This document shows, in pieces, positions 1-11,074 of a stretch of DNA of 64,000 nucleotides. Both the position numbers and the translations under genes were made by a program. Source of the DNA: Candidatus Latescibacterota bacterium (GTDB taxonomy: Bacteria; Latescibacterota; UBA2968; UBA8231); assembly GCA_965217585.1 (NCBI GenBank), contig OZ244561.1, positions 32,001 through 96,000 on the forward strand, given 5' to 3'. The notes beneath the pieces are model-generated. The model saw only the letters and a program-made list of their open reading frames with translations. It was not told where the DNA came from and ran no database searches. Within the stretch, counting starts at the first letter, position 1. Every line of letters starts with the position of its first letter.

Positions 1-128
1 GCTGGAGGTAGGGATCGCTTTTCACAGGCAAACCAAGCGTCTGCGGGCCGCGCCCTCAACGGGTGGGCATCGCGTATCTCGGTGATTTTTCGGGTTTTAT
101 TATATGCGCTGGGCGTACCCTTGTCAAC

Positions 129-995
129 TCACAGGCGGGAGGCCGTAGAATCGGCTTTTACCGGCGGCGGGACACCTGTGATTTCGCCTATTATGGCTAG
201 CAGTTCCTTGCTCAAAGTCGGGCTTACGCGCAGGCTGTCTAGGTAGCTTTCAATCACCGGAATGGCGTCCGTCCCCACCGCTGTAATAGCCTGATGGGTT
301 AGGGTGCGCTCCTCGGGCGTGGGGTCGTATTCCATCTGCGTAGGCTCGATGGGCGTTCCGAACATGCTCACCCGGGGCTGGCCCCCTTCCCCAAAGGGGT
401 CCAACCCCACGCTTGGATAGCGCCGCGGGCCACCCGTGGAGTCGGCGTCCAGCCGTCCGTAGGGTCCGTAGGGAAAGGGTCGCTCTTCGCCGGTGAATAC
501 CCCCCGGCGTGCTCGCTGCTCAGAGCGCAGAGTGAGTATGTCGTAGTAACTGAGGGCATTGACCAAAATTTCTGCTGCCTTGGTCCCCCCCATCTGTCCG
601 AGTGCTTCAATGGCTGCCATCCGCAGCTCGGCTTCGGCCGTATTGAGCGAGCGATCGAGCAGCCTCCCTATATCCGGGACCGCGCTCTGGTCGCCAATGG
701 TACCCAAGGAGCGGAGCGCGTCCTGCTTGAGCGTAGTGCGCTGGTCGTAGTCTTGGAGCGCCATTTTCAGCACCGGCACGGCGCGCGGGTCGCCGATCTC
801 GCCGAGAATGCGCGCGGCCTTGCGCCGCGTGGCATAGGGGTAGTCCTGACGGGAGACGATTTCCATAATCCGATCTAACTGCCCGTGGTCTCCCTCCTGA
901 TAGAGCTTGTGCATCTGGTTGACATTCGTGCAACCCAAGGGGGCCAAAACGACCACTAAAAGCGCGATCCTATACATGGCTAGCTCCTTTGTCAT
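129..995 (-). CDS. HEAT/PBS-lyase repeat lipoprotein
   Basis: Lipobox LAPLGC after a hydrophobic stretch; repeats RRKAARILGEIGDPRAVPVL, ALRSLGTIGDQSAVPDI, RMAAIEALGQMG; start may be ATG 977. Confidence 0.75.
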   Translation of the reverse strand: MTKELAMYRIALLVVVLAPLGCTNVNQMHKLYQEGDHGQLDRIMEIVSRQDYPYATRRKAARILGEIGDPRAVPVLKMALQDYDQRTTLKQDALRSLGTIGDQSAVPDIGRLLDRSLNTAEAELRMAAIEALGQMGGTKAAEILVNALSYYDILTLRSEQRARRGVFTGEERPFPYGPYGRLDADSTGGPRRYPSVGLDPFGEGGQPRVSMFGTPIEPTQMEYDPTPEERTLTHQAITAVGTDAIPVIESYLDSLRVSPTLSKELLAIIGEITGVPPPVKADSTASRL

Positions 996-1060
996 TCCCC
1001 TTGCCGCGCGGAAGTCTTTCCTCTATACTTCAAATTTTCCACAACGCAGCAGGAACTCCA

Positions 1061-1852
1061 GTGAACGCCCCACAAACCCACAACCGCCAACCCATTCCCG
1101 GCATTAAAGATACACTGGCCATAGCCAGCGGCAAGGGCGGCGTCGGCAAGTCCACGCTCTGCGCTAACTTGGCCGTGAGCTTGGCCCACCAAGGGCTACA
1201 GGTCGGCTTGCTCGACGCCGACATATACGGCCCCAACATCCCGGGCTTGCTCGGCCTAGAGGGCCGACCAACCGCAGATGACGGCCGCATCCACCCCTTG
1301 TCCGCGCACGGCCTCAAAGCCATTTCCATGGGAATGCTAATCGACCCGGGTACCCCGGTCGTGTGGCGCGGCCCCATGCTGGCCAAGATGATGCACCAAT
1401 TTCTCTTCAACGTCACTTGGGGCGAGCTCGACCTCCTGCTCATAGACCTGCCTCCCGGGACTGGAGACGTACAAATCACGCTGACTCAAGTGGCACCCTT
1501 GACTGCGGCCTTGATCGTCACCACGCCCTCGGCCATTGCCCTCGAAGACGTGCGCCGCGGCGTCGAGATGTTCCGCCAGACCGAGGTGCCCATCGTCGGC
1601 TTGGTCGAGAACATGAGCTATTTCCGCTGCGACAACTGCGGCCATGCCGACCCCATCTTCGGCACCGGAGGAGGCCGCGCCACGGCCAGCCGCTTGGAGA
1701 TTCCCTATCTAGGCGAAATTCCGCTCGACCCGCTCGTCCGCAGCCAAGCCGACGCGGGGGAGCCGGTCGTAAGGACGCATCCCGATGCCGAGGGTAGTAA
1801 AGCCCTCGCCAACCTAGCCGTCGACATCGGCGCTTATTTCCAGCCCGCATGA
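1061..1852 (+). CDS. mrp: Mrp/ApbC/NBP35 Fe-S cluster carrier ATPase
   Basis: SGKGGVGKST, DADIYGP, WRGPM, DLPPGTGD, ENMS..CxxC; GTG 1061 chosen as start (ORF track starts at 989). Confidence 0.92.
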   Translation: MNAPQTHNRQPIPGIKDTLAIASGKGGVGKSTLCANLAVSLAHQGLQVGLLDADIYGPNIPGLLGLEGRPTADDGRIHPLSAHGLKAISMGMLIDPGTPVVWRGPMLAKMMHQFLFNVTWGELDLLLIDLPPGTGDVQITLTQVAPLTAALIVTTPSAIALEDVRRGVEMFRQTEVPIVGLVENMSYFRCDNCGHADPIFGTGGGRATASRLEIPYLGEIPLDPLVRSQADAGEPVVRTHPDAEGSKALANLAVDIGAYFQPA

Positions 1853-2859
1853 GCCGCGTCCAAATCGCCTGCGTCGGCGCTGGGTATTGGGGCAGAAACC
1901 TAGTCCGCGTCTTCCACGACTTGCCCGATGTACATCTGCGCCAAGTTTGCGACGCCAGCCCGGAAATCCGCAGCGCCATCCAGCGCCAGTACCCGGAAGT
2001 CCCAATCACCGCCAGCTACGACGAGGTGCTCAACGACGACGAGCTCGACGCCGTAGTATTGGCCGTCCCGGCCGCCGACCACTACGAATTGGCCCGCCGC
2101 GCCCTAGAGCGGGGCAAGCACGTGTACGTCGAAAAGCCCATGACCCTCAACGCCACCACGTCGGCTCACTTAGTAGAATTAGCCACAGAGCGGGACCGGG
2201 TGCTGATGGTCGGGCACCTGCTGAAGTACCACCCGGCCGTGCAAATGCTGCATGATTTGGTGCGGGAAGGCGCGCTGGGCGACTTGTATTATTTATACTC
2301 CCAGCGCGTCAACTTGGGCATTGTCCGCAGCGACGAAAACGCCTTGTGGAGCTTGGCACCACACGACATATCGGTCATCCTGTACCTGCTCGGCCAGGAG
2401 CCGGACGCCGTCAGCGCCCGCGGCGAGTGCTACCTGCAACCCGACATCGAAGACGTGGTATTTGCCAATCTGCACTTTGCCGATGGCAAGATGGCGCAGA
2501 TGCAGCTCTCTTGGCTCGACCCGCACCGCATCCGCCGCCTGACCGTGGTCGGCAGCCGCAAGATGGCGGTCTTTGACGATGTGGAAAGCACGGAAAAGGT
2601 GCGCATCTACGACAAATCGGCCGAGCGGCCGCAATACGACTCTTATGGCGACTCCATTGCGCTGCGCTTTGGCGATGTGATCATTCCGCGGCTACAGATG
2701 GCCGAGCCGCTCAAACTGGAGTGCCAGCACTTCGCCGAGTGCGTGCGTACCGGCCAAACGCCCCGCAGCGATGGCCGCGACGGGCTGCGCGTTGTGCGGG
2801 TCTTGGAGGCCGCGCAGGCGTCGCTGCGCCAAGCCGGTGCCCCAGTGCCGCTGCGCTAG
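1849..2859 (+). CDS. Gfo/Idh/MocA family oxidoreductase
   Basis: GAGYWG Rossmann motif, KHVYVEKPM, APHD; ATGA overlap with mrp. Confidence 0.9.
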   Translation: MSRVQIACVGAGYWGRNLVRVFHDLPDVHLRQVCDASPEIRSAIQRQYPEVPITASYDEVLNDDELDAVVLAVPAADHYELARRALERGKHVYVEKPMTLNATTSAHLVELATERDRVLMVGHLLKYHPAVQMLHDLVREGALGDLYYLYSQRVNLGIVRSDENALWSLAPHDISVILYLLGQEPDAVSARGECYLQPDIEDVVFANLHFADGKMAQMQLSWLDPHRIRRLTVVGSRKMAVFDDVESTEKVRIYDKSAERPQYDSYGDSIALRFGDVIIPRLQMAEPLKLECQHFAECVRTGQTPRSDGRDGLRVVRVLEAAQASLRQAGAPVPLR

Positions 2860-5060
2860 CGCACGGTAAATTCCGAGTGGACCTCGGCTTGGTTGCCGCT
2901 CATATCCCGCACCCTCAGCACTAGGCGGTGCGTACCCGGCGGCAAATCTTCCACCAAATGTCCGTACACGCGCCCGGCTTCTGGATCGTATTCGGCGATC
3001 AGCGGGCGTCCGTCGAGCTCGAACTCAAGGTCTTCTTCCCGCCCAATGCCCGCGCCTTGGTCGCGCACCGCGCCGCGAATTTCCGGGCGCGGACCAACGA
3101 CTGTCCCCTCAGTGGGCTGCAAATTGCTGATCTCAGGGGCTTCAAGGTCGGCCAACAGCGCGTAGCGGCCAAAGCGGCGCACCCGCGCCACCACCTGCCG
3201 GCCCACAGCATCCCATTCGTTGCTCACGAGCGTCCACTTTTCAGCGGCGACCTCTCGGTAGAGGCCCAGCTTCTCCGGCGGCATCGCTCCCCGGTCGTAG
3301 CGGAAGCGTAGCGCAACCTTGCGGTCAAAGCTAACATCAGGCCCCAAGGCAAACGCCAACCCGACTGCCATTAGCGCAGCGGGCACTTGCGGCTCAAAGG
3401 TTTCGACTTGCGGGAAAAACGGCGCGTACGCGCTCGCCGCGGCAAAACCCAATTCGACCGCGCCGCCAGCATAGATCAACTCAGCCGCAGCACCCGGCTG
3501 CACGAGCTGCCGGTCGAGGACGACCTTTTGCACGGCGGCCTTCGGCGTCCGCAGCAAAACCGATCCCGCTGCCGAGCCGTTCGGACCGAGCGGCACGGTG
3601 ACTCGGAATTCGCGCAAACCGGTCTGACGGGGGCTGATATTAGCGGTATCAGCGCGGACTAAGGGCGTAGCGCTAGGCACTTGTGAGTAGCGCATCACGA
3701 GCTCCACGAAATCCGCGTGGGAACGGCGCTCCAGGGAAAAGGTCGGCGCAGCGGCCCCATCGTCGGGCAGGCGGCAAACGGCAAAGCCCGTGGCACCCGC
3801 CGGATCCCGCGCCCGGATCCGCCAATAGGAGGCGTTCCGGTGAATCCGCCACTTGAGCGGGCCGGAGCGGCTTTGCCGCCGATCTACGCGCCGCCACGTC
3901 TCGCCATCGCGAGAACTAGCCAATTCTACTTCCACGAGCGGGTCGTCCGCATCGCTCAGCCGTGCCTCGATAAAGGCTCCGTCCGCTTTCACCGCGATCC
4001 GCGCCCCGGCAATGGTCGGCGGTTCATCAACCATCAGCCCAAAGCGCACCCGACTCTCGTTGCCGTTGACATCCGCGACAACGACGACCGCCTCGTGCCG
4101 CCCTTTGGCCAAGTTCACAATTCCATCGTCAGGCCCCTCGTAGAATTGGAGGCGATTGCCCGGCAGGCGACACAAGTTGTAAAAGCGACCCACCCCACCC
4201 TTAAAAACAGCCAGTGGCCGGTCCAAATACATCTGGTGCATATTGCCGTACCCGACCCGCTCGTAGCGCGCCGCAAAAACCGGATCGCCGTCGATGTGCA
4301 AGGCCACGCGATAGGGGGCTAGCTTGTTGGGGGCCGCATCGGCGCGATCGTACATCAACGCGCTGATGCTCACCGGACCGAGCACCTGCACGGGCCGCAC
4401 CCCGGTGAATTCTCCTCGGCTCGGCTGCCAGCGCAAACTGAGCACATAGGGATCGTGCCCTCCCTCGACTTGGGCACTGTGGCCATGCGGCGTGATGGCC
4501 ACTCGTTGCAAGGTCGGCGCAATCGTATCGGCGATGGCGAACCCGTGCAAGAGGGGATTGATCGCCACGTTGTCTCCGTCGCGCAGCTCCAGGTGCAAAT
4601 GAGGAGGACCGGCCCCGCTCTCCCCACTCCAAGCAATGACCGAGCCGCCGAGCACCGGAATCTCCCCAGCCTCGAAATACAAATCCACGCTGTAGCGTCC
4701 ACGCTGCTGCTGGGCTTGCTGCACGCGCTCGGCCACGGGCGCGGCAAAGCCCTCCAAGTGGGCATATACTACAATGCGACCATCGGCCAATTTCTGGTAC
4801 AAAGCCCGGCCATAGCCCCAAGGCGAGGTGCGCACCCGCCAGATATAGCCATCGGCTAGGGCCTGTACGGGGTGGCCGGTCTCGCCCCAAGTCTTGAGAT
4901 CTATGCCAGCGTGGAAGGCCCGGGAGCGCGATTCGCCAAAAGTGGAAGACAGAGCCGGCGCAAGGCGCAGCGGCCAGATGAGGCTTCCCTCTTGCGCGCT
5001 AGCCGGCAGCCACAAAGCCACCACCAATAAGAGCATCCATTTAATCACAGTCGTCCTCAT
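2856..5060 (-). CDS. Secreted M23 family metallopeptidase with C-terminal Ig-like domains
   Basis: Signal peptide; HAGIDL, YAHL and PHLHLE M23 motifs. Confidence 0.85.
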   Translation of the reverse strand: MRTTVIKWMLLLVVALWLPASAQEGSLIWPLRLAPALSSTFGESRSRAFHAGIDLKTWGETGHPVQALADGYIWRVRTSPWGYGRALYQKLADGRIVVYAHLEGFAAPVAERVQQAQQQRGRYSVDLYFEAGEIPVLGGSVIAWSGESGAGPPHLHLELRDGDNVAINPLLHGFAIADTIAPTLQRVAITPHGHSAQVEGGHDPYVLSLRWQPSRGEFTGVRPVQVLGPVSISALMYDRADAAPNKLAPYRVALHIDGDPVFAARYERVGYGNMHQMYLDRPLAVFKGGVGRFYNLCRLPGNRLQFYEGPDDGIVNLAKGRHEAVVVVADVNGNESRVRFGLMVDEPPTIAGARIAVKADGAFIEARLSDADDPLVEVELASSRDGETWRRVDRRQSRSGPLKWRIHRNASYWRIRARDPAGATGFAVCRLPDDGAAAPTFSLERRSHADFVELVMRYSQVPSATPLVRADTANISPRQTGLREFRVTVPLGPNGSAAGSVLLRTPKAAVQKVVLDRQLVQPGAAAELIYAGGAVELGFAAASAYAPFFPQVETFEPQVPAALMAVGLAFALGPDVSFDRKVALRFRYDRGAMPPEKLGLYREVAAEKWTLVSNEWDAVGRQVVARVRRFGRYALLADLEAPEISNLQPTEGTVVGPRPEIRGAVRDQGAGIGREEDLEFELDGRPLIAEYDPEAGRVYGHLVEDLPPGTHRLVLRVRDMSGNQAEVHSEFTVR

Positions 5061-5715
5061 ATGTATGTAGAGCCATGCGGTCCGGGGCTACTTCGAGAAA
5101 GTGGAGGGGTTTTTCGGTCCAAGCACCGGTGTTGAAGTAGCACCGGCCCTGCCGCTCAATCGCCATGGCCGCGTGCGTGTGCCCGCAGACTATGGCTTCA
5201 ACTCCCTCCTGCCGTGCCACGCGCAGGGCGTTGCGCGCCACGTGCTCGTTGAGCACCCGGTAGAGCAAAGGCCATTTCTTGGCGTACTCGGCCACGTGGG
5301 CATCGCCCCCACCGAGCCAGATGCGGCAACGGTGTAAGCGGCGGAAAGCCCACTTGAACGCCGCGTGCCGGGGCATCAGCCGGTCGAGCCGATGGCCGTG
5401 GACTACGAGCAGCCGCCGATCGAGACGCCAGCTATCGACAAAGCGGATCTGCCCCGGCTCGGCCAGCTTGAATTGGGTATCGCGATTGCCGTACACCCAG
5501 ATTACGGGCCGAGATTGCGACTCGCTCACGAGGCGCTCCAGCACGGCCCGATGGGCGTCGGGCAGGGCTTGGCCCGGCTCATCTATGACGTCGCCGTTGA
5601 GCACGAGCGGCACCCCTTTGGGCAAAGCATCTAGCCAAGAAGAAAAGTTGCGATGGTAAAAGTAAGCCGATCCGAGGTGCAGATCGCTGACGATAAAGCA
5701 GCGTGCGACGCCCAT
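5041..5715 (-). CDS. Calcineurin-like metallophosphoesterase, UDP-2,3-diacylglucosamine diphosphatase (LpxH)-like
   Basis: SDLHLG, NGD, GNRD, HGH, GHTH, NTGAW motifs; start moved to ATG 5715 because the longer ORF overlaps the divergent gene. Confidence 0.75.
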   Translation of the reverse strand: MGVARCFIVSDLHLGSAYFYHRNFSSWLDALPKGVPLVLNGDVIDEPGQALPDAHRAVLERLVSESQSRPVIWVYGNRDTQFKLAEPGQIRFVDSWRLDRRLLVVHGHRLDRLMPRHAAFKWAFRRLHRCRIWLGGGDAHVAEYAKKWPLLYRVLNEHVARNALRVARQEGVEAIVCGHTHAAMAIERQGRCYFNTGAWTEKPLHFLEVAPDRMALHTYEDDCD

Positions 5716-5758
5716 GCCTCTTGCTGTATGGGTTATAATATTATTGAATAATTGACCG

Positions 5759-7222
5759 ATGAATAAACAGAGAACCCCACCTGCGCGCAAAGCGTACGAC
5801 CCGGATAAATTACAGGCCCTGCTCCAGTACATCGGTCGCCTGCTGCCCAACGACCAAGAGCGCGCGGCCTTTGATCGGTGCTCGCGCACTCCTCCCCCAG
5901 CTTCGCTGCGCTTGAACGCGCTCCAAGCGCAAGCACAGCACATACGGCCCCACTTGCTCCAACGCGGCCAAAGCGTGCCATGGTGCAGCGATGGCTTCGC
6001 CTTGCCAGAGAGCAACGCCAACCTCGGCCAGACCATTGAACACGCTATGGGCGCGTATTACGTCCAAGCCAAGGCCCCTATGCTAGCCGTCGAAGTACTG
6101 GCCCCCCAGCCCGGCGAGCGCGTCCTCGACCTGTGCGCCGCCCCAGGCGGCAAGGCCACCCAGATTGCCACGCGGATGCAAAACAGCGGCCTGCTGCTGG
6201 CCAACGAACTCCAGCGCAAGCGCATGCCCGCTCTCGTGGGCAATTTAGAGCGCTGTGGAGTGGCCAATCACGTCTTGACCCAAGCCCCAGGAACTATGCT
6301 GGCGCGTTACTTTCCCAACTTTTTCGACCGCATCTTAGTAGATGCCCCCTGCTCGGGCGACGGCATCGTGCGCAAAGACCAGAACATGCTCACCTACTGG
6401 TCGCCGCAAGACGCCCAGCGCCTCGCGCAACAACAGAAGGGCCTCTTGCGCGCTGCTTACCAGATGCTGCGCCCTAACGGCACGCTAGTGTACTCGACCT
6501 GCTCGCTATCGCTGGAGGAAAACGAAGAAGTGCTCCTCGGGCTGTTGCGCCGCTATAGAGAAGACGTCGCGATCCTCCCCATCGCAGAGTTCGAAGGACC
6601 GCCGCTGCCGGATGCGCTGGCCGCCCAATTCCCGACCGAGTTCGCCCGCTGCGTCCGCATCTGGCCCCACCACCACGACACCGAAGGGGCTTTTGTCGCT
6701 CGTCTTTCCAAACGCGCGCCGACGCCAAGCCCCGAAGACGCCCCTGCTTGGGCTGTCTCGACGACCGATCCCACCGCCGCCGAGTCCCGGCACGCCATCG
6801 AAGGCCGGTGGAGTGGTACCCTACCCTGTCCCTCGGACCAGATATTCACCCTTGGCAGCCGCCACCTATGCCAGCAGCCGGCGCTCGGCCCGGCGTTCCA
6901 AGAGCATCTGCCTTACTTCGTCCGCAGTGGCATGAGGGTCGCCCGCCCCCACAAAGGGTACTACTACCTGAGCCAGCAAACCGTCGCCCTGTGGGGCCAC
7001 CTCATGCAGGGTCCCAGTGTCGAGTTGAACTGGCCCCAACTACAGGACCTGTTCGAGGGGCGTCCAATCCACTGCGACCCACCCACGGGCCTCAAAGGCG
7101 AAATCTTCTGCCGCTTCGGACCGTGGACCGTCTGTCGCGCCATCGCCAGAGAGGAAGGCCGCCTGCTCGAAGGCATGCTGCCGCGCGCGTTATTCCGCGC
7201 CAATTTGGATCGGCTGATGTAA
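5759..7222 (+). CDS. RsmB/NOP2 family m5C rRNA methyltransferase (RsmF-like)
   Basis: DLCAAPGGK, DAPCSG, YSTCS motifs. Confidence 0.88.
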   Translation: MNKQRTPPARKAYDPDKLQALLQYIGRLLPNDQERAAFDRCSRTPPPASLRLNALQAQAQHIRPHLLQRGQSVPWCSDGFALPESNANLGQTIEHAMGAYYVQAKAPMLAVEVLAPQPGERVLDLCAAPGGKATQIATRMQNSGLLLANELQRKRMPALVGNLERCGVANHVLTQAPGTMLARYFPNFFDRILVDAPCSGDGIVRKDQNMLTYWSPQDAQRLAQQQKGLLRAAYQMLRPNGTLVYSTCSLSLEENEEVLLGLLRRYREDVAILPIAEFEGPPLPDALAAQFPTEFARCVRIWPHHHDTEGAFVARLSKRAPTPSPEDAPAWAVSTTDPTAAESRHAIEGRWSGTLPCPSDQIFTLGSRHLCQQPALGPAFQEHLPYFVRSGMRVARPHKGYYYLSQQTVALWGHLMQGPSVELNWPQLQDLFEGRPIHCDPPTGLKGEIFCRFGPWTVCRAIAREEGRLLEGMLPRALFRANLDRLM

Positions 7223-7230
7223 GGGTAGGA

Positions 7231-7845
7231 TTATCGCGCAGGCCCCTGCCAAGGTGGGAAGAGCTGGTGTTCGATCCGCAGTATGTTGCAGATGCGGCCA
7301 GCGATAAAATCGCCCAAATCGTCAAAGGTCTGCGGCTTTTGGTAAAAGGCTGGCATGGCTGGCAGAATGACCGCTCCGGCTTCGGCCGCCGCCGTCATGT
7401 TGCGCAACTGAATCAGATTGAGCGGGGTCTCGCGTACCACCAGCACTAGCGGTCGCTGCTCCTTGAGGCTGACATCGGCCGCTCGCTCAATCAGGCTCGC
7501 AGACGCTCCGCGGGCAATGCTCGACAGCGTCTTGGCCGAGCAAGGCACCACTACCATGCCATCGATGGGCACCGAACCGCTGGCGATGGGGGCGGATAGG
7601 TCGCCGGCGTTGTACTCGCTCAGTTCGCCAGCTTGGGTCTCCTCCCCGTAGCACCGCGTTATAAACGCTCGTAGGCTCTCCTTGTCGGGGCGGAAGCCCA
7701 ACTCTTCGACGAGCAGGTAGCGCCCGTATTTTGACAGGACCAGATGCACTTGGTGTCCGCCGATCAGCAGGGCGCGCAGCAGGCGGCCGGCGTAGAGTGC
7801 GCCACTGGCTCCGGTGATGCCGACGACGATTTGCTTGCCGCTCAC
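7231..7845 (-). CDS. ubiX: Flavin prenyltransferase UbiX
   Basis: [31 protein letters not shown]. Confidence 0.95.
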   Translation of the reverse strand: MSGKQIVVGITGASGALYAGRLLRALLIGGHQVHLVLSKYGRYLLVEELGFRPDKESLRAFITRCYGEETQAGELSEYNAGDLSAPIASGSVPIDGMVVVPCSAKTLSSIARGASASLIERAADVSLKEQRPLVLVVRETPLNLIQLRNMTAAAEAGAVILPAMPAFYQKPQTFDDLGDFIAGRICNILRIEHQLFPPWQGPAR

Positions 7846-9824
7846 GACGCCCCCTTTAGCGCCTCGCGGCCCGCTTCGAGCGTGGCGACAATCGCATCCA
7901 CGTCATAGACGCAACCGCCCCAAGTGCCGCCGCCGACGTTTTGCAACGCCGCCCACAGCCTAGTGTCGTCGGGCAACTCCGCTTCGGGTGCCAGGTCTGG
8001 GCGCAAGGTGCGCTCGGCAAGCATCCGCTGGCCTTCCTCTGCGCCGAATTCCGCGCCCGCGCAGCCGACCAAGTCGATGCGCCCGCGCAGGTTGTGGCAG
8101 TCGATTTCAATGGCGATCAAGTCGCCGTCCCGCAGCTTGCCGATTGGCCCGCCAGCCAAGGCCTCCGGGCCGATGTGCCCAATGCAAGGACCGGAGGAAA
8201 ACCCCGAAAACCGCGCGTCCGTAAGCAGCGCCACGCGCTTGCCAATATCCGTGTACTTGAGCGCAATTGTAACCTGCGCCACTTCCTCCATCCCCGTGCC
8301 CATCGGCCCGCAGCTAATCATCACCAGCACGTCGCCCTGCTCGATCTTGCCGTCCTTGATCGCGGCGATGGTGTCGCGTTCGGTGGTAAAAACCTTTGCC
8401 GGCCCCGTGTGCCGATAGACCCCCTGCGCGTCCAGCAACGAAGAGTCGATGGCCGTGCTTTTGACGACCGCGCCCTCGGGCGAGATGTTGCCGACCGGGA
8501 AGCAGGTGGTGCTGGTCAGGCCCTTGGCGCGGGCGCGATCAGCATCCATAATCACGTCGTCTGGATCTACCCCGTCTAGCTTGCGCAGTTCCTCGCGGAA
8601 GCGGTGACGGCGCGGCGCACTCTCCCACCAATCGAGGTTTTCGCCCAGCGTGCGGCCCGTAACCGTCATCACCCCCTCCTCCAACAGCCCTAGGCGGCGC
8701 AGGTGCAACATGACCTCGGGCACTCCGCCGGCCAAAAAGGCGCGCACGGTAACGTGGAACTCCGGGCCGTTGGGCAGCACATCGACCAAGCGCGGCACCT
8801 CGCGGTTGATCCGGTCCCAATCCCCAACCTCCGGCCGCTTCCGCCCGGCCGCATGGGCAATAGCCGGCACATGCAGAATCAAGTTCGTCGAACCACCAAA
8901 GGCCGCGTGGACGACCATCGCGTTGTGCAGCGCCTCATCGGTGACCAACTCCTGCGAGCGAATGTCCGCGGCCTCCAGCGCCATCAGCGCCCGCGCCGAG
9001 CGCACGGCCATATCGCGCCAGACCGCTTCTCCCGAAGGAGCCAGCGCCGAATGCGGCAGCGAAAGCCCCAGCGCCTCGCCCACCACTTGAGCCGTGGCCG
9101 CAGTCCCCAAAAACTGGCATCCACCCCCCGGCGTGGCACAGGCGCGGCAGCCCAGCACCTGAAAGTCGTCAATGTCCATCTCGCCCCGCGCCAGCCGTGA
9201 ACCCGCCGACTGGATCTTGCCCGCGTCCTCGCCTTCTTCCGGCGGTAGGGTCACCCCGCCGGGCACGACAATAACCGGCAGGTCCGGCATACCAGCTAGG
9301 GCAATGAGGACCGCCGGCAATCCCTTGTCGCAGGTGCCCACGCCCATCACGCCTCGCCGCGTCGGCAACGAGCGGATCAAGCGGCGCAGGATCATGGCCG
9401 CGTCGTTGCGGTACGGCAGGCTATCGAACATGCCGGTCGTACCCTGCGTGCGGCCATCGCACGGGTCCGAGCAATAGGCGGCAAAGGGGATGCCACCCCG
9501 GCGGTGGATTTCCTCGGCCGCGGCCTCCATCAACAGGCCAATTTCCCAGTGGCCGGTGTGGTAGCCCAGCGCGATCGGCCGGCCATCCGGGGCGCGGATG
9601 CCGCCCTGTGTGCTGACGATGAGGAACTCACCCCGGCCCAGCTCGTCGGGGTTCCAGCCCATCCCCGCGTTCTGACTATAGCCAAAGATGTGGCCGCTCG
9701 GCGCTTCGACGACCTGCTCTATGGTCAGCGGCAGCTTGCCACTCGGGCCGGGAGCGCGGGTGCGGATCTGGTAAATCGCATCATCGGTCTCGCCGACGAT
9801 TTCTGCAAAGGAATCAGTACTCAT
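7842..9824 (-). CDS. IlvD/Edd family dehydratase, YjhG/YagF (xylonate dehydratase)-type
   Basis: [61 protein letters not shown]. Confidence 0.88.
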   Translation of the reverse strand: MSTDSFAEIVGETDDAIYQIRTRAPGPSGKLPLTIEQVVEAPSGHIFGYSQNAGMGWNPDELGRGEFLIVSTQGGIRAPDGRPIALGYHTGHWEIGLLMEAAAEEIHRRGGIPFAAYCSDPCDGRTQGTTGMFDSLPYRNDAAMILRRLIRSLPTRRGVMGVGTCDKGLPAVLIALAGMPDLPVIVVPGGVTLPPEEGEDAGKIQSAGSRLARGEMDIDDFQVLGCRACATPGGGCQFLGTAATAQVVGEALGLSLPHSALAPSGEAVWRDMAVRSARALMALEAADIRSQELVTDEALHNAMVVHAAFGGSTNLILHVPAIAHAAGRKRPEVGDWDRINREVPRLVDVLPNGPEFHVTVRAFLAGGVPEVMLHLRRLGLLEEGVMTVTGRTLGENLDWWESAPRRHRFREELRKLDGVDPDDVIMDADRARAKGLTSTTCFPVGNISPEGAVVKSTAIDSSLLDAQGVYRHTGPAKVFTTERDTIAAIKDGKIEQGDVLVMISCGPMGTGMEEVAQVTIALKYTDIGKRVALLTDARFSGFSSGPCIGHIGPEALAGGPIGKLRDGDLIAIEIDCHNLRGRIDLVGCAGAEFGAEEGQRMLAERTLRPDLAPEAELPDDTRLWAALQNVGGGTWGGCVYDVDAIVATLEAGREALKGAS

Positions 9825-9852
9825 GCTGCCTCGTTATCTTTCTAGTTCAGTC

Positions 9853-10863
9853 CTACCAACCCTCTTCACGGACTTGGATTTTCTTTAGCAGAGGACGCCA
9901 CCAAGCTTCGTTGTCGCGGTACCAGTGGACTGTATCGCGGAAGCTCTGGGCGAAATCGACTTGCGGTTCCCAACCTAGTTGGGTGCGGATTTTGGTCGAA
10001 TCGAGCAGGTAGCGGCGGTCGTGCCCGGGCCGATCATCCACGTAGGTTTTGTGCGCGGTGTCCAGCCCCAAGGCGTCGAGGATCAGGTCGGCAATGGTTT
10101 CGACGTCTTTTTCAATGCCGCTGCCAACGTTGTACGTATGGCCAATCTCGCCTTTTTTTAGCACTAGGTCGATGGCCCGGCAATGGTCATCGACGTGGAG
10201 CCATTCGCGGCGGTTCTGGCTCGACTTGTACAGCGGCATCTTCTGGCCGGTGAGCAGGCGGACGACGAAGAAGGGGATGACTTTTTCCGGGAATTGATAG
10301 GGGCCGAAGTTGTTGGAGCAGTTCGACAGCGTCACGGGCAAGCCAAAGGTGTGGCCATAAGCGCGCACGGCCAAGTCGGCCGCAGCCTTGGCCGCGTTGT
10401 ACGGAGTGCGCGGCCGATAGGGCGATTCCTCGCTGAAGGTCTCGTCCGCGTCGAGGGCCAGATCGCCGTACACTTCGCAGGTGGAAATGTGGTGGAAGCG
10501 CGGCACTTGGGCATCGGCCGCGGCCTGCAACAGCTTTTGCGTCCCCACTACATTGGTCTGGAAAAAGGCCGAGGGATTGACAATGGCCAGGCTGTTGTGC
10601 GATTCCGCGGCAAAGTTGACCACGTAGTCGGGGCGGTGGATCTCGAATAGGTGACGGGTCAGATCGGCATTCTGAATATCGCCGCGGACAAAGGTATAGC
10701 GGTCGCCATAGCTTGCTTCCACGTCCTTGAGGCTGGCCAAGTTGCCGGCGTAGGTGAGCAGATCGTAGTTGACAATGCGGTCGTCGGGATAGGTCGATAG
10801 CCAGTAGCGAATGAAATTGGAGCCGATGAAACCGGCACCGCCGGTGACGAACAAAGTGGTCAT
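9853..10863 (-). CDS. rfbB: dTDP-glucose 4,6-dehydratase
   Basis: VTGGAGFIGSNF, LTYAGN, FAAESH, YxxxK (YNAAK), DRPGHDRRY; start ATG 10863. Confidence 0.92.
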   Translation of the reverse strand: MTTLFVTGGAGFIGSNFIRYWLSTYPDDRIVNYDLLTYAGNLASLKDVEASYGDRYTFVRGDIQNADLTRHLFEIHRPDYVVNFAAESHNSLAIVNPSAFFQTNVVGTQKLLQAAADAQVPRFHHISTCEVYGDLALDADETFSEESPYRPRTPYNAAKAAADLAVRAYGHTFGLPVTLSNCSNNFGPYQFPEKVIPFFVVRLLTGQKMPLYKSSQNRREWLHVDDHCRAIDLVLKKGEIGHTYNVGSGIEKDVETIADLILDALGLDTAHKTYVDDRPGHDRRYLLDSTKIRTQLGWEPQVDFAQSFRDTVHWYRDNEAWWRPLLKKIQVREEGW

Positions 10864-11074
10864 GGATTCTGTTAGTTCAAGGTGAATGAGTCGGCGGGAG
10901 CAAGGACAGGTCAGGAGGCCGACGGTCAGTGATAATCTACTATTACTATAACAAGGCGGACAACTCGGCACGGATTTTATCGCGGATATTGCTGCTCATC
11001 ATTCGTTCGTCCTATCTGCGGCCTTCTCGCCCTTTGCCCATCATTTCAGTAAATACCCTCATTAATACCCTTAT